This document shows, piece after piece, positions 8,864-17,211 of a DNA stretch of 61,532 nucleotides. This stretch comes from a virus, in IMG/VR virus record IMGVR_UViG_3300050498_000085; one strand, given 5' to 3'. A program made the position numbers and the translations under genes. The first letter of the stretch is position 1; each line of letters starts with the position of its first letter. Below the pieces are notes generated by a model that saw nothing but the letters and a program-made list of their open reading frames with translations, did not search any database and was not told where the DNA came from.

Positions 8864-9465
8864 TGGACACCAGAGCTTTGATGTTGCGTATGATGCGCAA
8901 GGAGTTCGGCAATCTTCTCAATATGGCTCGCATCAAGGTTGTTACGGTCGCATCAGTTGATTGGAACACCTTATCGGCCGTGGTCTCCTTTGCCGAGGGT
9001 GACGCGATTGACCCGGCCACCGACCAGCAAACCGTACATTGGATTGAGAGCTATACCCCAACCGCCGGTGATTTGGCATATCTCCTTATCGCCGAGGGTG
9101 CTCCAGTCCTGATTGGCGTTGTGGATCTGAAGGTATGGAATGACTTCAGCCTGCCCACTGGATATACCACGGTTGCTGGCTACACTGTTCCTGGGTACCG
9201 CCGAGACTCCAATGGCCGGGTTTGGCTTAGAGGGGCATGCAACGTTGCTGCTAGTAACGGGACTGGTGTCAAATTCACATTCCCGGCTGGCTATCGGCCT
9301 ACGAGCGGGACGCGGATGTTGTCGGCACCCTATTCCAATGGCACAGCCATTCTGGACCATCTTCGTTACAATGTAGCAACTAACGGAAATATGTCGTCTG
9401 TGTTGGCAACCCCGGCCGCTACCGTGTTCATGGGGTTTGAGGGACTGAGCTTTGATGTCTTCTAG
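8863..9465 (+). CDS. minor tail protein / possible receptor-binding protein, 200 aa
   Basis: ATG 8863 overlaps upstream stop (TGATG); the ORF track offers 8839, but the coupled start is preferred. Confidence 0.6.
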   Translation: MDTRALMLRMMRKEFGNLLNMARIKVVTVASVDWNTLSAVVSFAEGDAIDPATDQQTVHWIESYTPTAGDLAYLLIAEGAPVLIGVVDLKVWNDFSLPTGYTTVAGYTVPGYRRDSNGRVWLRGACNVAASNGTGVKFTFPAGYRPTSGTRMLSAPYSNGTAILDHLRYNVATNGNMSSVLATPAATVFMGFEGLSFDVF

Positions 9466-9485
9466 AAGAATGAAAAGGGGGCGAA

Positions 9486-9692
9486 GTGAAGATACCACGA
9501 TGGTTGCTCATACTGTTGGTCTTAGTGATCTGCGGGGTGTGGGTGACATCGTTTATCGCGGGTCTGGTCAACCCGGGATATCAACCACCCGAGTCCATCA
9601 ACCTGGTGTTCTCGGCCATGGTGGCGGCATTATTGGCACAGCTCGGGCGTCAGAATGGAGGAAAGGGAGATGACTCCAAACGGGACGATTGA
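9486..9692 (+). CDS. small membrane protein, 68 aa (holin candidate)
   Basis: Two hydrophobic stretches (WLLILLVLVICGVWVTSFIAGLV; VFSAMVAALLAQL) and a charged tail; sits just before the endolysin genes. Confidence 0.55.
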   Translation: MKIPRWLLILLVLVICGVWVTSFIAGLVNPGYQPPESINLVFSAMVAALLAQLGRQNGGKGDDSKRDD

Positions 9693-10203
9693 GTACATCG
9701 TCAACTCGTTGGCATGGTCTGTTGTCGGGGCGGCCATGGTCCTGTTGTACCAGCGAGTTCGCGGGAACGGGAAGGCGAGGAAAGCCTCAATGGCAGGAGA
9801 GAACGAGACGCAACCACATCGCGTCAATTGGGTCTTGGTGATTGCGATGTCGATACTGGTATTTGCAGTGATTTCGACGGTGATTACCTGGGATGTCGAC
9901 CACAGGTATCGGCAATTCGTAAGCTGCCAGGCCATGGTCAACCAGGCCCGTAGTGACGCTCTGGTAGCGCTTCAGGCCATCGGCGCCCAAGATAGGCAGG
10001 CTGTGGACAGACTTGTCTTCTCAGTCGCCAATTCGACCAGTCGGGAGCAGACTCGCGCTGCCTTCGCTGACTATCGAGCGACCCGGGAGCGTCTGGAGAG
10101 AGAGCGCAAGGAGCATCCTCTACCCGAGCCAGAGAATCTTTGCGGCCCGGAACCCAGCTCGATGGGCCCGGCGTTAAGCTCTTTGCTGCGCCGGAGTCGA
10201 TGA
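9670..10203 (+). CDS. membrane protein with C-terminal coiled-coil-like region, 177 aa (lysis-associated?)
   Basis: ATG 9670 after GGAGGAAAGGGAG; two TM-like segments (LAWSVVGAAMVLLY; VNWVLVIAMSILVFAVISTVI). Confidence 0.6.
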   Translation: MTPNGTIEYIVNSLAWSVVGAAMVLLYQRVRGNGKARKASMAGENETQPHRVNWVLVIAMSILVFAVISTVITWDVDHRYRQFVSCQAMVNQARSDALVALQAIGAQDRQAVDRLVFSVANSTSREQTRAAFADYRATRERLERERKEHPLPEPENLCGPEPSSMGPALSSLLRRSR

Positions 10204-10219
10204 CAAGGAAGTGTTACCG

Positions 10220-10963
10220 ATGACCCAACCTCAGATCGTCATGGGACGGACCCTCGACTGGAGGGGCCACCATGATCCAGCCTCCCGCAACTACCCGGTT
10301 CGAATGGTCATCCGGGAGCTGGCCGGCGAAGCTCCGCCGGTCCAACCGCGCTTCTGGACTCCCCCGCCGTTCGTGCTCAATCAGTTCAGCGAGGGTTTCT
10401 GCGTCGGTTTCGGCTGGTCGGCCGAGCTGGCTGCGTCGCCGGTCCGGATCAGGCGCGTGGACAACGACTTCGCACGTGGGCTCTACTTCGGAGCGCAGCG
10501 CCACGACCGGGCCATGGGGAACATCTGGGATGAGGGCGCATCCGTGCTCGCCGGAGCGCAGGAGTGCGCCGAGCGCGGCCTGATCCCGGAGTACCGCTGG
10601 AGCTTCGGACCGGAGGACCTTCGTGACGCTCTGATGCATGTCGGTCCGGCTGTGATCGGCGTGCCCTACTTCGGCTCCATGTTCACGCCGCGCCCGTCCG
10701 GACTCGTGGAGGTGGACGAGGAGACCGACCCACCCGGACACTGCATGTGCATCATCGGCTACCACCCGAGAATGCGTCTCCCGGGCGAGTCGTGGCGCAA
10801 GCGCTTCGCCGTCTACAAGCTGCGGCAGAGTTGGGGCGGCGCCTTCGGTCGCAAGGGTGACATCTATGTCCGGGAGGAGGACATGGCGAACAAGCTGCTC
10901 GTGAAGCGGTACTGGGGCGAGGCCTGCATCCCCGTGACTCGCCGGTATGGTCCCCAGTCCTGA
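10220..10963 (+). CDS. endolysin, papain-like (C1-type) cysteine peptidase
   Basis: Catalytic-type motifs QFSEGFCVGFGWS (Cys), PGHCMCIIGY (His), RQSWGGAFG; RBS AAGGAAG; start 10211 also possible. Confidence 0.7.
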   Translation: MTQPQIVMGRTLDWRGHHDPASRNYPVRMVIRELAGEAPPVQPRFWTPPPFVLNQFSEGFCVGFGWSAELAASPVRIRRVDNDFARGLYFGAQRHDRAMGNIWDEGASVLAGAQECAERGLIPEYRWSFGPEDLRDALMHVGPAVIGVPYFGSMFTPRPSGLVEVDEETDPPGHCMCIIGYHPRMRLPGESWRKRFAVYKLRQSWGGAFGRKGDIYVREEDMANKLLVKRYWGEACIPVTRRYGPQS

Positions 10964-10973
10964 GAGGAGAGAC
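10957..10973 (+). repeat. degenerate dispersed-motif copy GTCCTGAGAGGAGAGAC (contains upstream stop TGA and the next RBS)
   Basis: 13/17 match to GTCCGAAGAGGACGGAC; ends 1 nt before ATG 10974. Confidence 0.5.
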
Positions 10974-12086
10974 ATGACCGGATCGAAAGGTCCCATGACG
11001 GCCGAAGATCGGCGGTTGTGGGAGGCAGCGTCCGAACAGGACCGAGCACGGTCCGAGAAGACGCTGGCGGATCTCATCGAGGAGGACCGTGCCGACCCCA
11101 CGACGCCGGACCACTTCGACGTCCCGCTGAAGGCGCTGGAGCAGGTCGAGGAGGAGTTGGGGGACGGTAGGCGTCTCGGGATCGGCGGGAACACCTACAA
11201 CATCCAGAAGTTCAAGGAGGCGGCGCAACTCCTCCGGGAGTGGGGCTGGACTGTCGTCTTCATGGATGGGTGGTCCACCCGGGGCGCCAGCCGCCGGCAG
11301 CTGAGCGTTCAGTACATCGGCGATCATCATACCGCAGCCGAAGTCGACGTGGACCGCATCCTGCGCGACGGGCGGTCCGATGTTCCGGGACCGCTCTGCG
11401 AGGTGGCGGTCCACGCGGACTCGACCATCGTCATCGTCGCGGCCGGGCCAGCGAACCACTTTGGCGTGGCGACCATCGACAGCTCGGACGCTTTGGGTGT
11501 CGAGAACACTGGACCGATCCCGATCAATGCGAGCGGCAAGAGCGCCTTCCCCAACTACCGCGCCACTCTGGCTGTGTACGTCGCATTCCGGCGGGTGTAC
11601 GGGTTGGGCACAGCTCGCATCGTGCTCCACAAGGAGACGGCTCGCCCGATCGGGCGCAAGATCGACCGCGCGGTGGATGGAGATACCGTGCGGAGGGAAG
11701 CCGCAGTCACCGAAGTCCTCGCGGACGGATCAGAAGGGCAGGACGAATTCGACATGCGTACCGATGCGGAGATCGTGGAGCTGGCGCGGCAGGGAGCCGC
11801 GAAGGCTCTCAACGCGCTGACCGTGTTCGGCCAGCCGAACTTCGTGGAGACGATCAAGGCCCTGTACAACGAGGTTCGGGCGCAGGCAGACGACCAGGCG
11901 CGCATCACCGATGCCATCGCGGCGGCCCAGGGAGCCGTGCTCGGGGCGCTCACCACGGTCGTCGTGGATCTCTCGGACGCGGACATCGATCGTCTCGCCG
12001 AGCAGACCGGCCTCACCCCGGACGCCATCGAGGCGGCCGTGCGCCGGGTGTTCGCCGATGCCGGTCAGGCCGAGCCGACAAGTTGA
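10974..12086 (+). CDS. endolysin, N-acetylmuramoyl-L-alanine amidase (amidase_2/PGRP-like) with C-terminal extension
   Basis: Motifs GDHHTAAE, ANHFGVA, GVENTG, LHKETARPIGRKID read as the amidase_2 pattern (recall); RBS GAGAGGAGAG. Confidence 0.7.
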   Translation: MTGSKGPMTAEDRRLWEAASEQDRARSEKTLADLIEEDRADPTTPDHFDVPLKALEQVEEELGDGRRLGIGGNTYNIQKFKEAAQLLREWGWTVVFMDGWSTRGASRRQLSVQYIGDHHTAAEVDVDRILRDGRSDVPGPLCEVAVHADSTIVIVAAGPANHFGVATIDSSDALGVENTGPIPINASGKSAFPNYRATLAVYVAFRRVYGLGTARIVLHKETARPIGRKIDRAVDGDTVRREAAVTEVLADGSEGQDEFDMRTDAEIVELARQGAAKALNALTVFGQPNFVETIKALYNEVRAQADDQARITDAIAAAQGAVLGALTTVVVDLSDADIDRLAEQTGLTPDAIEAAVRRVFADAGQAEPTS

Positions 12087-12087
12087 C

Positions 12088-12104
12088 CGTCTACTGAGGA
12101 CGGT
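12088..12104 (-). repeat. degenerate, reverse-oriented dispersed-motif copy CCGTCTACTGAGGACGG
   Basis: Differs at 2 positions from the reverse copy at 54602..54618. Confidence 0.45.
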
Positions 12105-12122
12105 CCGAAAAAGGAGGTACAG

Positions 12123-12431
12123 ATGGCCGAACCAGGAGCGCCGACCAATCCGCTCCCGCCCGATACCAAGAAGCCGGAACCGAAGGTGCTGAATGCCACC
12201 GTCTCGGTCGGCGCTGTGATCGGAGCACTCGTCTGGTTGGCGCAGCTCCTCTACAGCCGCGCCGATCTGATCGCATTCCTGCCGGACGAGGCGGAGCCGA
12301 TCGTGATGTCCATCGTGGCGATGATCGCGACGTACGGCGCCGGTTACGTCTCGCGGCACCAGTACCGGTACCGGCCGGACGAGACGGGCGTGCCTCGCGG
12401 GAGCATCGGCCGGAGGACCGGACTCCCGTAA
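12123..12431 (+). CDS. membrane protein, 102 aa (holin-like)
   Basis: RBS AAAAAGGAGG; two TM-like segments (VSVGAVIGALVWLAQLL; IVMSIVAMIATYGAGYV); last gene of the lysis block. Confidence 0.6.
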   Translation: MAEPGAPTNPLPPDTKKPEPKVLNATVSVGAVIGALVWLAQLLYSRADLIAFLPDEAEPIVMSIVAMIATYGAGYVSRHQYRYRPDETGVPRGSIGRRTGLP

Positions 12432-12545
12432 GATCCGCTCGCGCGCCGTCCGAGTCGCGCGGCACCTTCCCGGACCGTCATGCGCCGGGCGCGTAGGAGG
12501 GGTGGGACCCACCGGCGAGGGTCCTGCCCCTCCGCCATCTGCAAG

Positions 12546-12592
12546 ATTACTCCGTTCGGCGGTATTGCAACCCCAATCTGGCCAGTAGCGTC
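12546..12592 (+). promoter_or_regulatory. early conserved box 1 (promoter-like), ATTACTCCGTTCGGCGGTATTGCAACCCCAATCTGGCCAGTAGCGTC
   Basis: About 38/47 identical to 16084..16130; contains TTGCAA and TAGCGT (TAnnnT); followed by 8-bp hairpin 12599..12606/12612..12619. Confidence 0.5.
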
Positions 12593-12638
12593 AGAGGCGC
12601 TCCGCGCCCGACGCGGAGCGGACGAGGGGAGCGGGACG

Positions 12639-12905
12639 ATGGCGAAGCGCCACGGAGGCGAGAAGCGCGGGAACAGCTACGCCCGGCGCGCTCGCAAGCT
12701 GTGGATGCTCGCGACGTGGGGCGATGGCGAGAAGTGCCCGTGTGTCTTCTGCGGGATCTCGCTCAGCTTCGAGACGGTAGAGGCCGACCGGATCATCCCG
12801 GGCGGGACCTATCGGCGCGAGAACGTTCAGCCGGCTTGCCGCCCCTGTAATCTCTCCAAGTCCGACAACCCGAATTGGGCGCCGACTCTGGCGCTCGCCA
12901 TCTAA
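12639..12905 (+). CDS. HNH-like zinc-finger nuclease, 88 aa, with Arg where the first catalytic His is expected
   Basis: CPCVFC...EADRIIPGGTYRRENVQPACRPCNLSKSD: CxxC..CxxC plus the N..N core of HNH, but DR instead of DH; ATG 12639 preferred over the 12480 ORF start, which would cover the promoter-like box. Confidence 0.75.
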   Translation: MAKRHGGEKRGNSYARRARKLWMLATWGDGEKCPCVFCGISLSFETVEADRIIPGGTYRRENVQPACRPCNLSKSDNPNWAPTLALAI

Positions 12906-12918
12906 GGGAGCCACCCCG

Positions 12919-13566
12919 ATGACCACTCGAATCAACGCTCCGCACGATGCCTCCTATGACGACTACCCGATTCCCGGCGCGCCGCAGGGCCGGCAGCGCG
13001 TCCCGCTGACCGACAAGCAGCGCAACTTCATCTTCTCGCTTTCGGCCGAGCGGTCGGCCGGTTGGACCGCTTCGGCCGAGCAGGTGGCGGTCGTGGATGG
13101 TCTCTCCAAGGCCGAGGCATCCGAGATGATTACGAGGCTCCTGGCGCTCCCGAAGCTCGCGAGCGCCAAGCCGACGCGCGAGCCGGCCAAGCCGGTCGAG
13201 ATCCCGGACGGTCGGTACGCGCTCGCCGGCGATGACGGCGTGGTCCGCTTCTACTCCGTGAAGGCCGGCAAGAACCGCTGGGAGGGGTACACCTTCGTCA
13301 AGGGCCTCATCGGCTCGCCCGGCTCGTGGACGGAGATCCGTCTGGGTCGCGTGGAGCGCGAGGAGATCCAGAAGAAGATCGCGGCAGACGTCCAGGGCGC
13401 GGCGAAGCTCTACGGCGACAAGTTCCAGCGCTGTGGCTTCTGCGAATCCCCGCTCTCCGACCCGCGCAGCCGGGCGGCCGGGTACGGCGAGATCTGCGCC
13501 GGGAAGCACTCCCTCCCGTACCCGTCCCTTGCGGACGCTCTGGTCCAGCTCGGAGAGAGCGCCTAG
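12919..13566 (+). CDS. hypothetical protein, 215 aa, C-terminal CxxC..C element (DUF6011-like, recall)
   Basis: GGAGCCACC 3 nt upstream of ATG; ..QRCGFCESPLSDPRSRAAGYGEICAGKH.. Confidence 0.75.
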   Translation: MTTRINAPHDASYDDYPIPGAPQGRQRVPLTDKQRNFIFSLSAERSAGWTASAEQVAVVDGLSKAEASEMITRLLALPKLASAKPTREPAKPVEIPDGRYALAGDDGVVRFYSVKAGKNRWEGYTFVKGLIGSPGSWTEIRLGRVEREEIQKKIAADVQGAAKLYGDKFQRCGFCESPLSDPRSRAAGYGEICAGKHSLPYPSLADALVQLGESA

Positions 13567-13643
13567 CAGCTCAAGCGCCAGAGGCGCGCGTCCGCTAGCG
13601 TCGGGCGTGCGTCTCTGGCTCGCCGGCCGTCAAGGAGGAGACA

Positions 13644-13865
13644 ATGGACACGGTTGCCTTTGGGCACATCGAAGAATCCGACATCGCGGAGCGCGCGGTG
13701 GAAATGCTGGAGGAGTGGATCCACCGGTACAAGCGCGCCCGATTCAAGACCCCCAACAGTGAGCACAGCCAGGGCCGGGCAGAGGCTTACCTCCAGACCG
13801 TCGCTTGGATGTTGGACCTGCCCGTGAAAGAAGTCCGCGAGGCGCTGGACAAGGGAGAGTTGTGA
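13644..13865 (+). CDS. hypothetical protein, 73 aa
   Basis: RBS AAGGAGGAG; compact acidic helical-looking sequence. Confidence 0.7.
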   Translation: MDTVAFGHIEESDIAERAVEMLEEWIHRYKRARFKTPNSEHSQGRAEAYLQTVAWMLDLPVKEVREALDKGEL

Positions 13866-14065
13866 GTCCGCTGGAATGGCTTCTCTTCCCGTTCATCCTT
13901 ATGGTTGCTGCATGGGACATTATCCTTTCGAAGATCCTGGACTCGGTTCGAATTGCATTCGCATTCGCCGTCTTGAATCCATGGATCTCCTTCATAGCAA
14001 TAGGGGTGGGCGCGCTCGCGCTGCTTCTCGATACCGCAAGTCGTCGCCGTCGGAGGGAAATGTAA
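13862..14065 (+). CDS. small membrane protein, 67 aa
   Basis: GTGA overlap with upstream stop; two hydrophobic segments and an RRRRREM tail; locally AT-richer. Confidence 0.55.
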   Translation: MSPLEWLLFPFILMVAAWDIILSKILDSVRIAFAFAVLNPWISFIAIGVGALALLLDTASRRRRREM

Positions 14066-14508
14066 TGAAGCTCACTCAGATCACGCCGGAGATCCGGAAG
14101 CGTGACAAGCTCGGCGCGGCCATCGAGTACGAGCTGGAGCTGGACCACTTAGGAGCCGCCGTAGGCAAACGGACGGCGAGCGTGTACCTCTCTGGCGCCC
14201 TCGCCGTCGACATCCACGACGTGACAGATCAGGCCGCATCGCGAGTGCGCGGGACCATGCTGGAGCAGCTCTGGGACGATCTCATGGCGACCTACGAGCG
14301 GCTGACCGGCGAGTACGGTGACATGGACCTACCGGACGAGGACGAGAGCGGACATCCCCACTCCTACCTGCTGTGGGGCGAAGCTCGCGGCCGAGCGCAG
14401 GGTCTCGCGTTCGCCATCGCCATTCTCGTCAACCCGCTCCATCCGGACATCGAGGCCGTCCGAGAGGAAGCCAACGAGCGCTGGAAGCAGATGCTATCTG
14501 CAAGTTAG
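14065..14508 (+). CDS. hypothetical protein, 147 aa
   Basis: ATG overlaps upstream TAA (TAATG); protein-like composition. Confidence 0.7.
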   Translation: MKLTQITPEIRKRDKLGAAIEYELELDHLGAAVGKRTASVYLSGALAVDIHDVTDQAASRVRGTMLEQLWDDLMATYERLTGEYGDMDLPDEDESGHPHSYLLWGEARGRAQGLAFAIAILVNPLHPDIEAVREEANERWKQMLSAS

Positions 14509-14554
14509 GCCGATCGGCGGTACCGTTGCAGACGAACTGGACATACGCTCGGGC
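14508..14554 (+). promoter_or_regulatory. early conserved box 3 (promoter-like), GGCCGATCGGCGGTACCGTTGCAGACGAACTGGACATACGCTCGGGC
   Basis: Shares CGGCGGTA...TTGCA...CTGG...TA(G/C)CG(T/C)TC with boxes 1 and 2; followed by perfect 9-bp hairpin 14548..14556/14560..14568. Confidence 0.4.
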
Positions 14555-14584
14555 AGTACCTGCCCGAGCGAGAAGGAGCCACCG

Positions 14585-14707
14585 ATGATCCGGATCCGCC
14601 GGAACGAGACCCGGAACCTGGACGGCCGCAAGGTCGTGCGCCTGTCGTCTCCGGTCGCGTCGTCGCGGCCGACCTTGCGAAGCGCTCGGACGCCGAGGCG
14701 CTGCTGA
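14585..14707 (+). CDS. possible very small basic protein, 40 aa
   Basis: GGAGCCACC 1 nt upstream of ATG, as for four other early genes; too short to judge composition. Confidence 0.35.
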   Translation: MIRIRRNETRNLDGRKVVRLSSPVASSRPTLRSARTPRRC

Positions 14708-14717
14708 GCGTGACCCG

Positions 14718-15140
14718 ATGAATGAGTCCCCTGCCTTCCGTGCTCTGATGGACCGATACTCGCGCGCCGTCCGCGAAGGCAAACCTCAGAAGGCCGCGCT
14801 GGTCGTGGCCGAAGCCGCCATCGGTCTCGCGAGCTTCGCGGAAGTCACCGAGTTCATGCGGCGAGTCCGTATCCGCTCTCGCGTCCAGGACCCCGAGATG
14901 CTGCCCGAGGACACCTACAGCCTGTCGACTCGCGTCGGCGCGGAGTCCACGGTGGAGATCGACCGGGCGCACCTCCTCGCGGACATCGAGACGGCTCGCG
15001 CGCAAGGCGAGTCGGTCTACATCGATTGGCCGTCCGTCACTTTCCACTGGGGCGTCATGGTGATCTACGTCATCGATGGCGTTCAGTACCGCGCCGTCTC
15101 TTCCGACTACCAGCTCAGCGAGACCTACCTGTCCTCCTGA
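14718..15140 (+). CDS. hypothetical protein, 140 aa
   Basis: ORF track; protein-like composition. Confidence 0.7.
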   Translation: MNESPAFRALMDRYSRAVREGKPQKAALVVAEAAIGLASFAEVTEFMRRVRIRSRVQDPEMLPEDTYSLSTRVGAESTVEIDRAHLLADIETARAQGESVYIDWPSVTFHWGVMVIYVIDGVQYRAVSSDYQLSETYLSS

Positions 15141-15167
15141 ACGTCCAACCCCGAAGGAGCCACCGCC

Positions 15168-16031
15168 ATGACCACCACCGCTTCGAAGGGCGCCGGTCGC
15201 GCCCGTCACTCCGCGCGGACCACCAAGGCCGCTCAGCGCACTCCCCTCCCGCCCCGCGACGGCTCGCAGAACGCGACTCCGGCCGAAGTCGAGGCGAACG
15301 CCAAGGCCCGTCGTGCGGCCGTCAAGAGCGCCCCCGCGAAGCCGGCCGAGGCCACCGCTCCCGTTGCTGCTGCGAAGCGAGGCGGGAAGGCGACCCAGGC
15401 CGCGAAGGCAGCGGCAGCCGCCATCCCGGAAGGCACCCCGGGCGCTGCGAAGGCGACCCGCATCATGGAGGCCGCTGCGGCGTCCGGGTGGACTGCGAGC
15501 TTAACGGTCAACGGGACGACGCTCCGCGTTCACGTGGAGCGCGGCAGCGAGGCCATCGGAACGACGTTCGTGGACGGCAAGCTGGATCTCTCCGAGATGC
15601 CGACCTACCACGACGGCGACCGCTCCGTGAAGCTCAAGAACGTCTCGGCCGTCCTGAAGCAGATGACAGGCGAGAAGCCGACAGCCAAGCCGGTCACGGA
15701 GCGCCGGACCCGCACCCCTCGCCCAAAGGCCAGCCCGGAAACCGCCGCGCTCCCTTTCGACCCTGAGGCATCCAGTGATGAGGAAGTCCTGGATGCTATT
15801 CGGGGTCGGTCAATCGAGTGGATGAACATGATCTCCCGGAACGTCGAGCACGCGGTTGTGCTGGCGTCTCGGACGATTCGCGGAAAGATGGGGGAGCCGG
15901 TCGAGCGCCCCGTCAAGATCGGCATCGCCCCGCACCCCCAGCGGAACACCCGGGTCGTGACATTCACGGACGGCGAGGCGACCGGCACCCGCTCCGTCGC
16001 GCTGGACCGGATCACCCGGGTCGGCCGGTAG
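15168..16031 (+). CDS. hypothetical protein, 287 aa, basic Ala/Lys-rich N-terminal third (possible nucleic-acid binding)
   Basis: GGAGCCACC 3 nt upstream of ATG; AKARRAAVKSAPAKPAEATAPVAAAKRGGKATQAAKAAAAA low-complexity tract. Confidence 0.75.
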   Translation: MTTTASKGAGRARHSARTTKAAQRTPLPPRDGSQNATPAEVEANAKARRAAVKSAPAKPAEATAPVAAAKRGGKATQAAKAAAAAIPEGTPGAAKATRIMEAAAASGWTASLTVNGTTLRVHVERGSEAIGTTFVDGKLDLSEMPTYHDGDRSVKLKNVSAVLKQMTGEKPTAKPVTERRTRTPRPKASPETAALPFDPEASSDEEVLDAIRGRSIEWMNMISRNVEHAVVLASRTIRGKMGEPVERPVKIGIAPHPQRNTRVVTFTDGEATGTRSVALDRITRVGR

Positions 16032-16083
16032 CTCGTGGCCGGGCGCCCTTCCCTTCCCTTCCCCGGAGGGCGCCCGGCTGCAG

Positions 16084-16130
16084 GTTACGCCGTTCAGCGG
16101 TACTGCAACACCAGATCTGTGACTAGCGTC
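16084..16130 (+). promoter_or_regulatory. early conserved box 2 (promoter-like), GTTACGCCGTTCAGCGGTACTGCAACACCAGATCTGTGACTAGCGTC
   Basis: Paralogous to 12546..12592; followed by 8-bp hairpin 16128..16135/16141..16148, then GGAGCCACC and ATG 16173. Confidence 0.5.
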
Positions 16131-16172
16131 GGGCGCGTACCGCCCGACGAACCGACCGAGGGAGCCACCCCG

Positions 16173-17210
16173 ATGACCGAGACCACCGAGACCACCTTGA
16201 ACGGCGAGAACCTCGACAAGTGGCTGGAGCGCATCGATGCGCTCCACCGCCAGGCCAACCACCCGAACACCGGCCCGGCCGAGGCCGCATCCTTCCGGGC
16301 GAAGGCCGAGCAGCTCATGAACCGGTTCCGCGTTACGGAGTCCATGCTGGTAGGCGAAGACGGGCGCGCGGCCGTGACGCCCGGGGTCGGGACCATCGTG
16401 GTCTGCCCCTCCTCCAGTTCGCCGTACCGTGGGGTGTACCGCAAGATCGCCGGCGACATCCTTTACCACGTTGGCGCTCGCGGCGTGTGGAGGTACACGC
16501 TGGACGTCGAGGCCGGCATTCGGTACGACTCCCTGGAGATCGTGGGATTCGAGTCCGACATCGCCTATGCCAAGATCCTCTACACCTCCGCCCAGACCTA
16601 CTTCGCCAGCCGCATGGAGCCGTCAATCCGGCCGGAGCTTTCCGACCGGTTGAACGTCTACAACCTGCGGAATGCCGGGATGGAGCGCATCGAGATCGCG
16701 CGGAAGATGGGTTGGGGCGAGTCCGGGAGTGCTACCGCGAAGGTGACCCGGCTCTACAAGGAGGAGTGCGCGCTGCGAGGCGAACCGGCGAAGCTTACCG
16801 GGCGCGGCAACTCCGTCGCCACCTACCGCGAAGCGTTCCGCACGGCGTTCCCGGACACGCTCTGGGACCGGCTGTGGACCGCGCGCCATGCCTCGGATGG
16901 CGGTAGCGGCCAGCTCGTTCTGGCCAACCGCGAGGAGCAGGTGGAGGAGGCATTCTATGAGCGCTTCCCGCACCTGCGCCCCACCCCGGACGCGGAGATC
17001 AGCGACCCGAAGCCGCTCACCCCGGCCGAGCAGAGGAAGCGCGAGCGCGAGCGCGAGCGCGAGCTGAAGCGAATTGTGCGCGAGGCGACTGAGCGCGAAG
17101 CTCGGCTTCGCGGCACGCCGGCCGGGCGGCTCGGGACCGCAGCCGGTGAGCACGCCGCGCGCCAGGTCGACATTATCCCGTCCGGTAGCTCGAAGCGCTT
17201 GGAGAGCTGA
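16173..17210 (+). CDS. hypothetical protein, 345 aa, DUF2786-like N-terminus (recall)
   Basis: ATG 16173 preferred (GGAGCCACC 3 nt upstream; the 16035 ORF start would cover the box); ..LDKWLERIDALHRQANHPNTGPAEAASFRAKAEQLMNRF..; RERERERE tract. Confidence 0.8.
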   Translation: MTETTETTLNGENLDKWLERIDALHRQANHPNTGPAEAASFRAKAEQLMNRFRVTESMLVGEDGRAAVTPGVGTIVVCPSSSSPYRGVYRKIAGDILYHVGARGVWRYTLDVEAGIRYDSLEIVGFESDIAYAKILYTSAQTYFASRMEPSIRPELSDRLNVYNLRNAGMERIEIARKMGWGESGSATAKVTRLYKEECALRGEPAKLTGRGNSVATYREAFRTAFPDTLWDRLWTARHASDGGSGQLVLANREEQVEEAFYERFPHLRPTPDAEISDPKPLTPAEQRKRERERERELKRIVREATEREARLRGTPAGRLGTAAGEHAARQVDIIPSGSSKRLES

Positions 17211-17211
17211 C

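Noticed and set aside
17036-17066. GCGCGA x4 microsatellite (RERERERE)
   Set aside because: It is in frame inside 16173..17210 within a charged helical tract, so it is simple coding low complexity and not a regulatory repeat.
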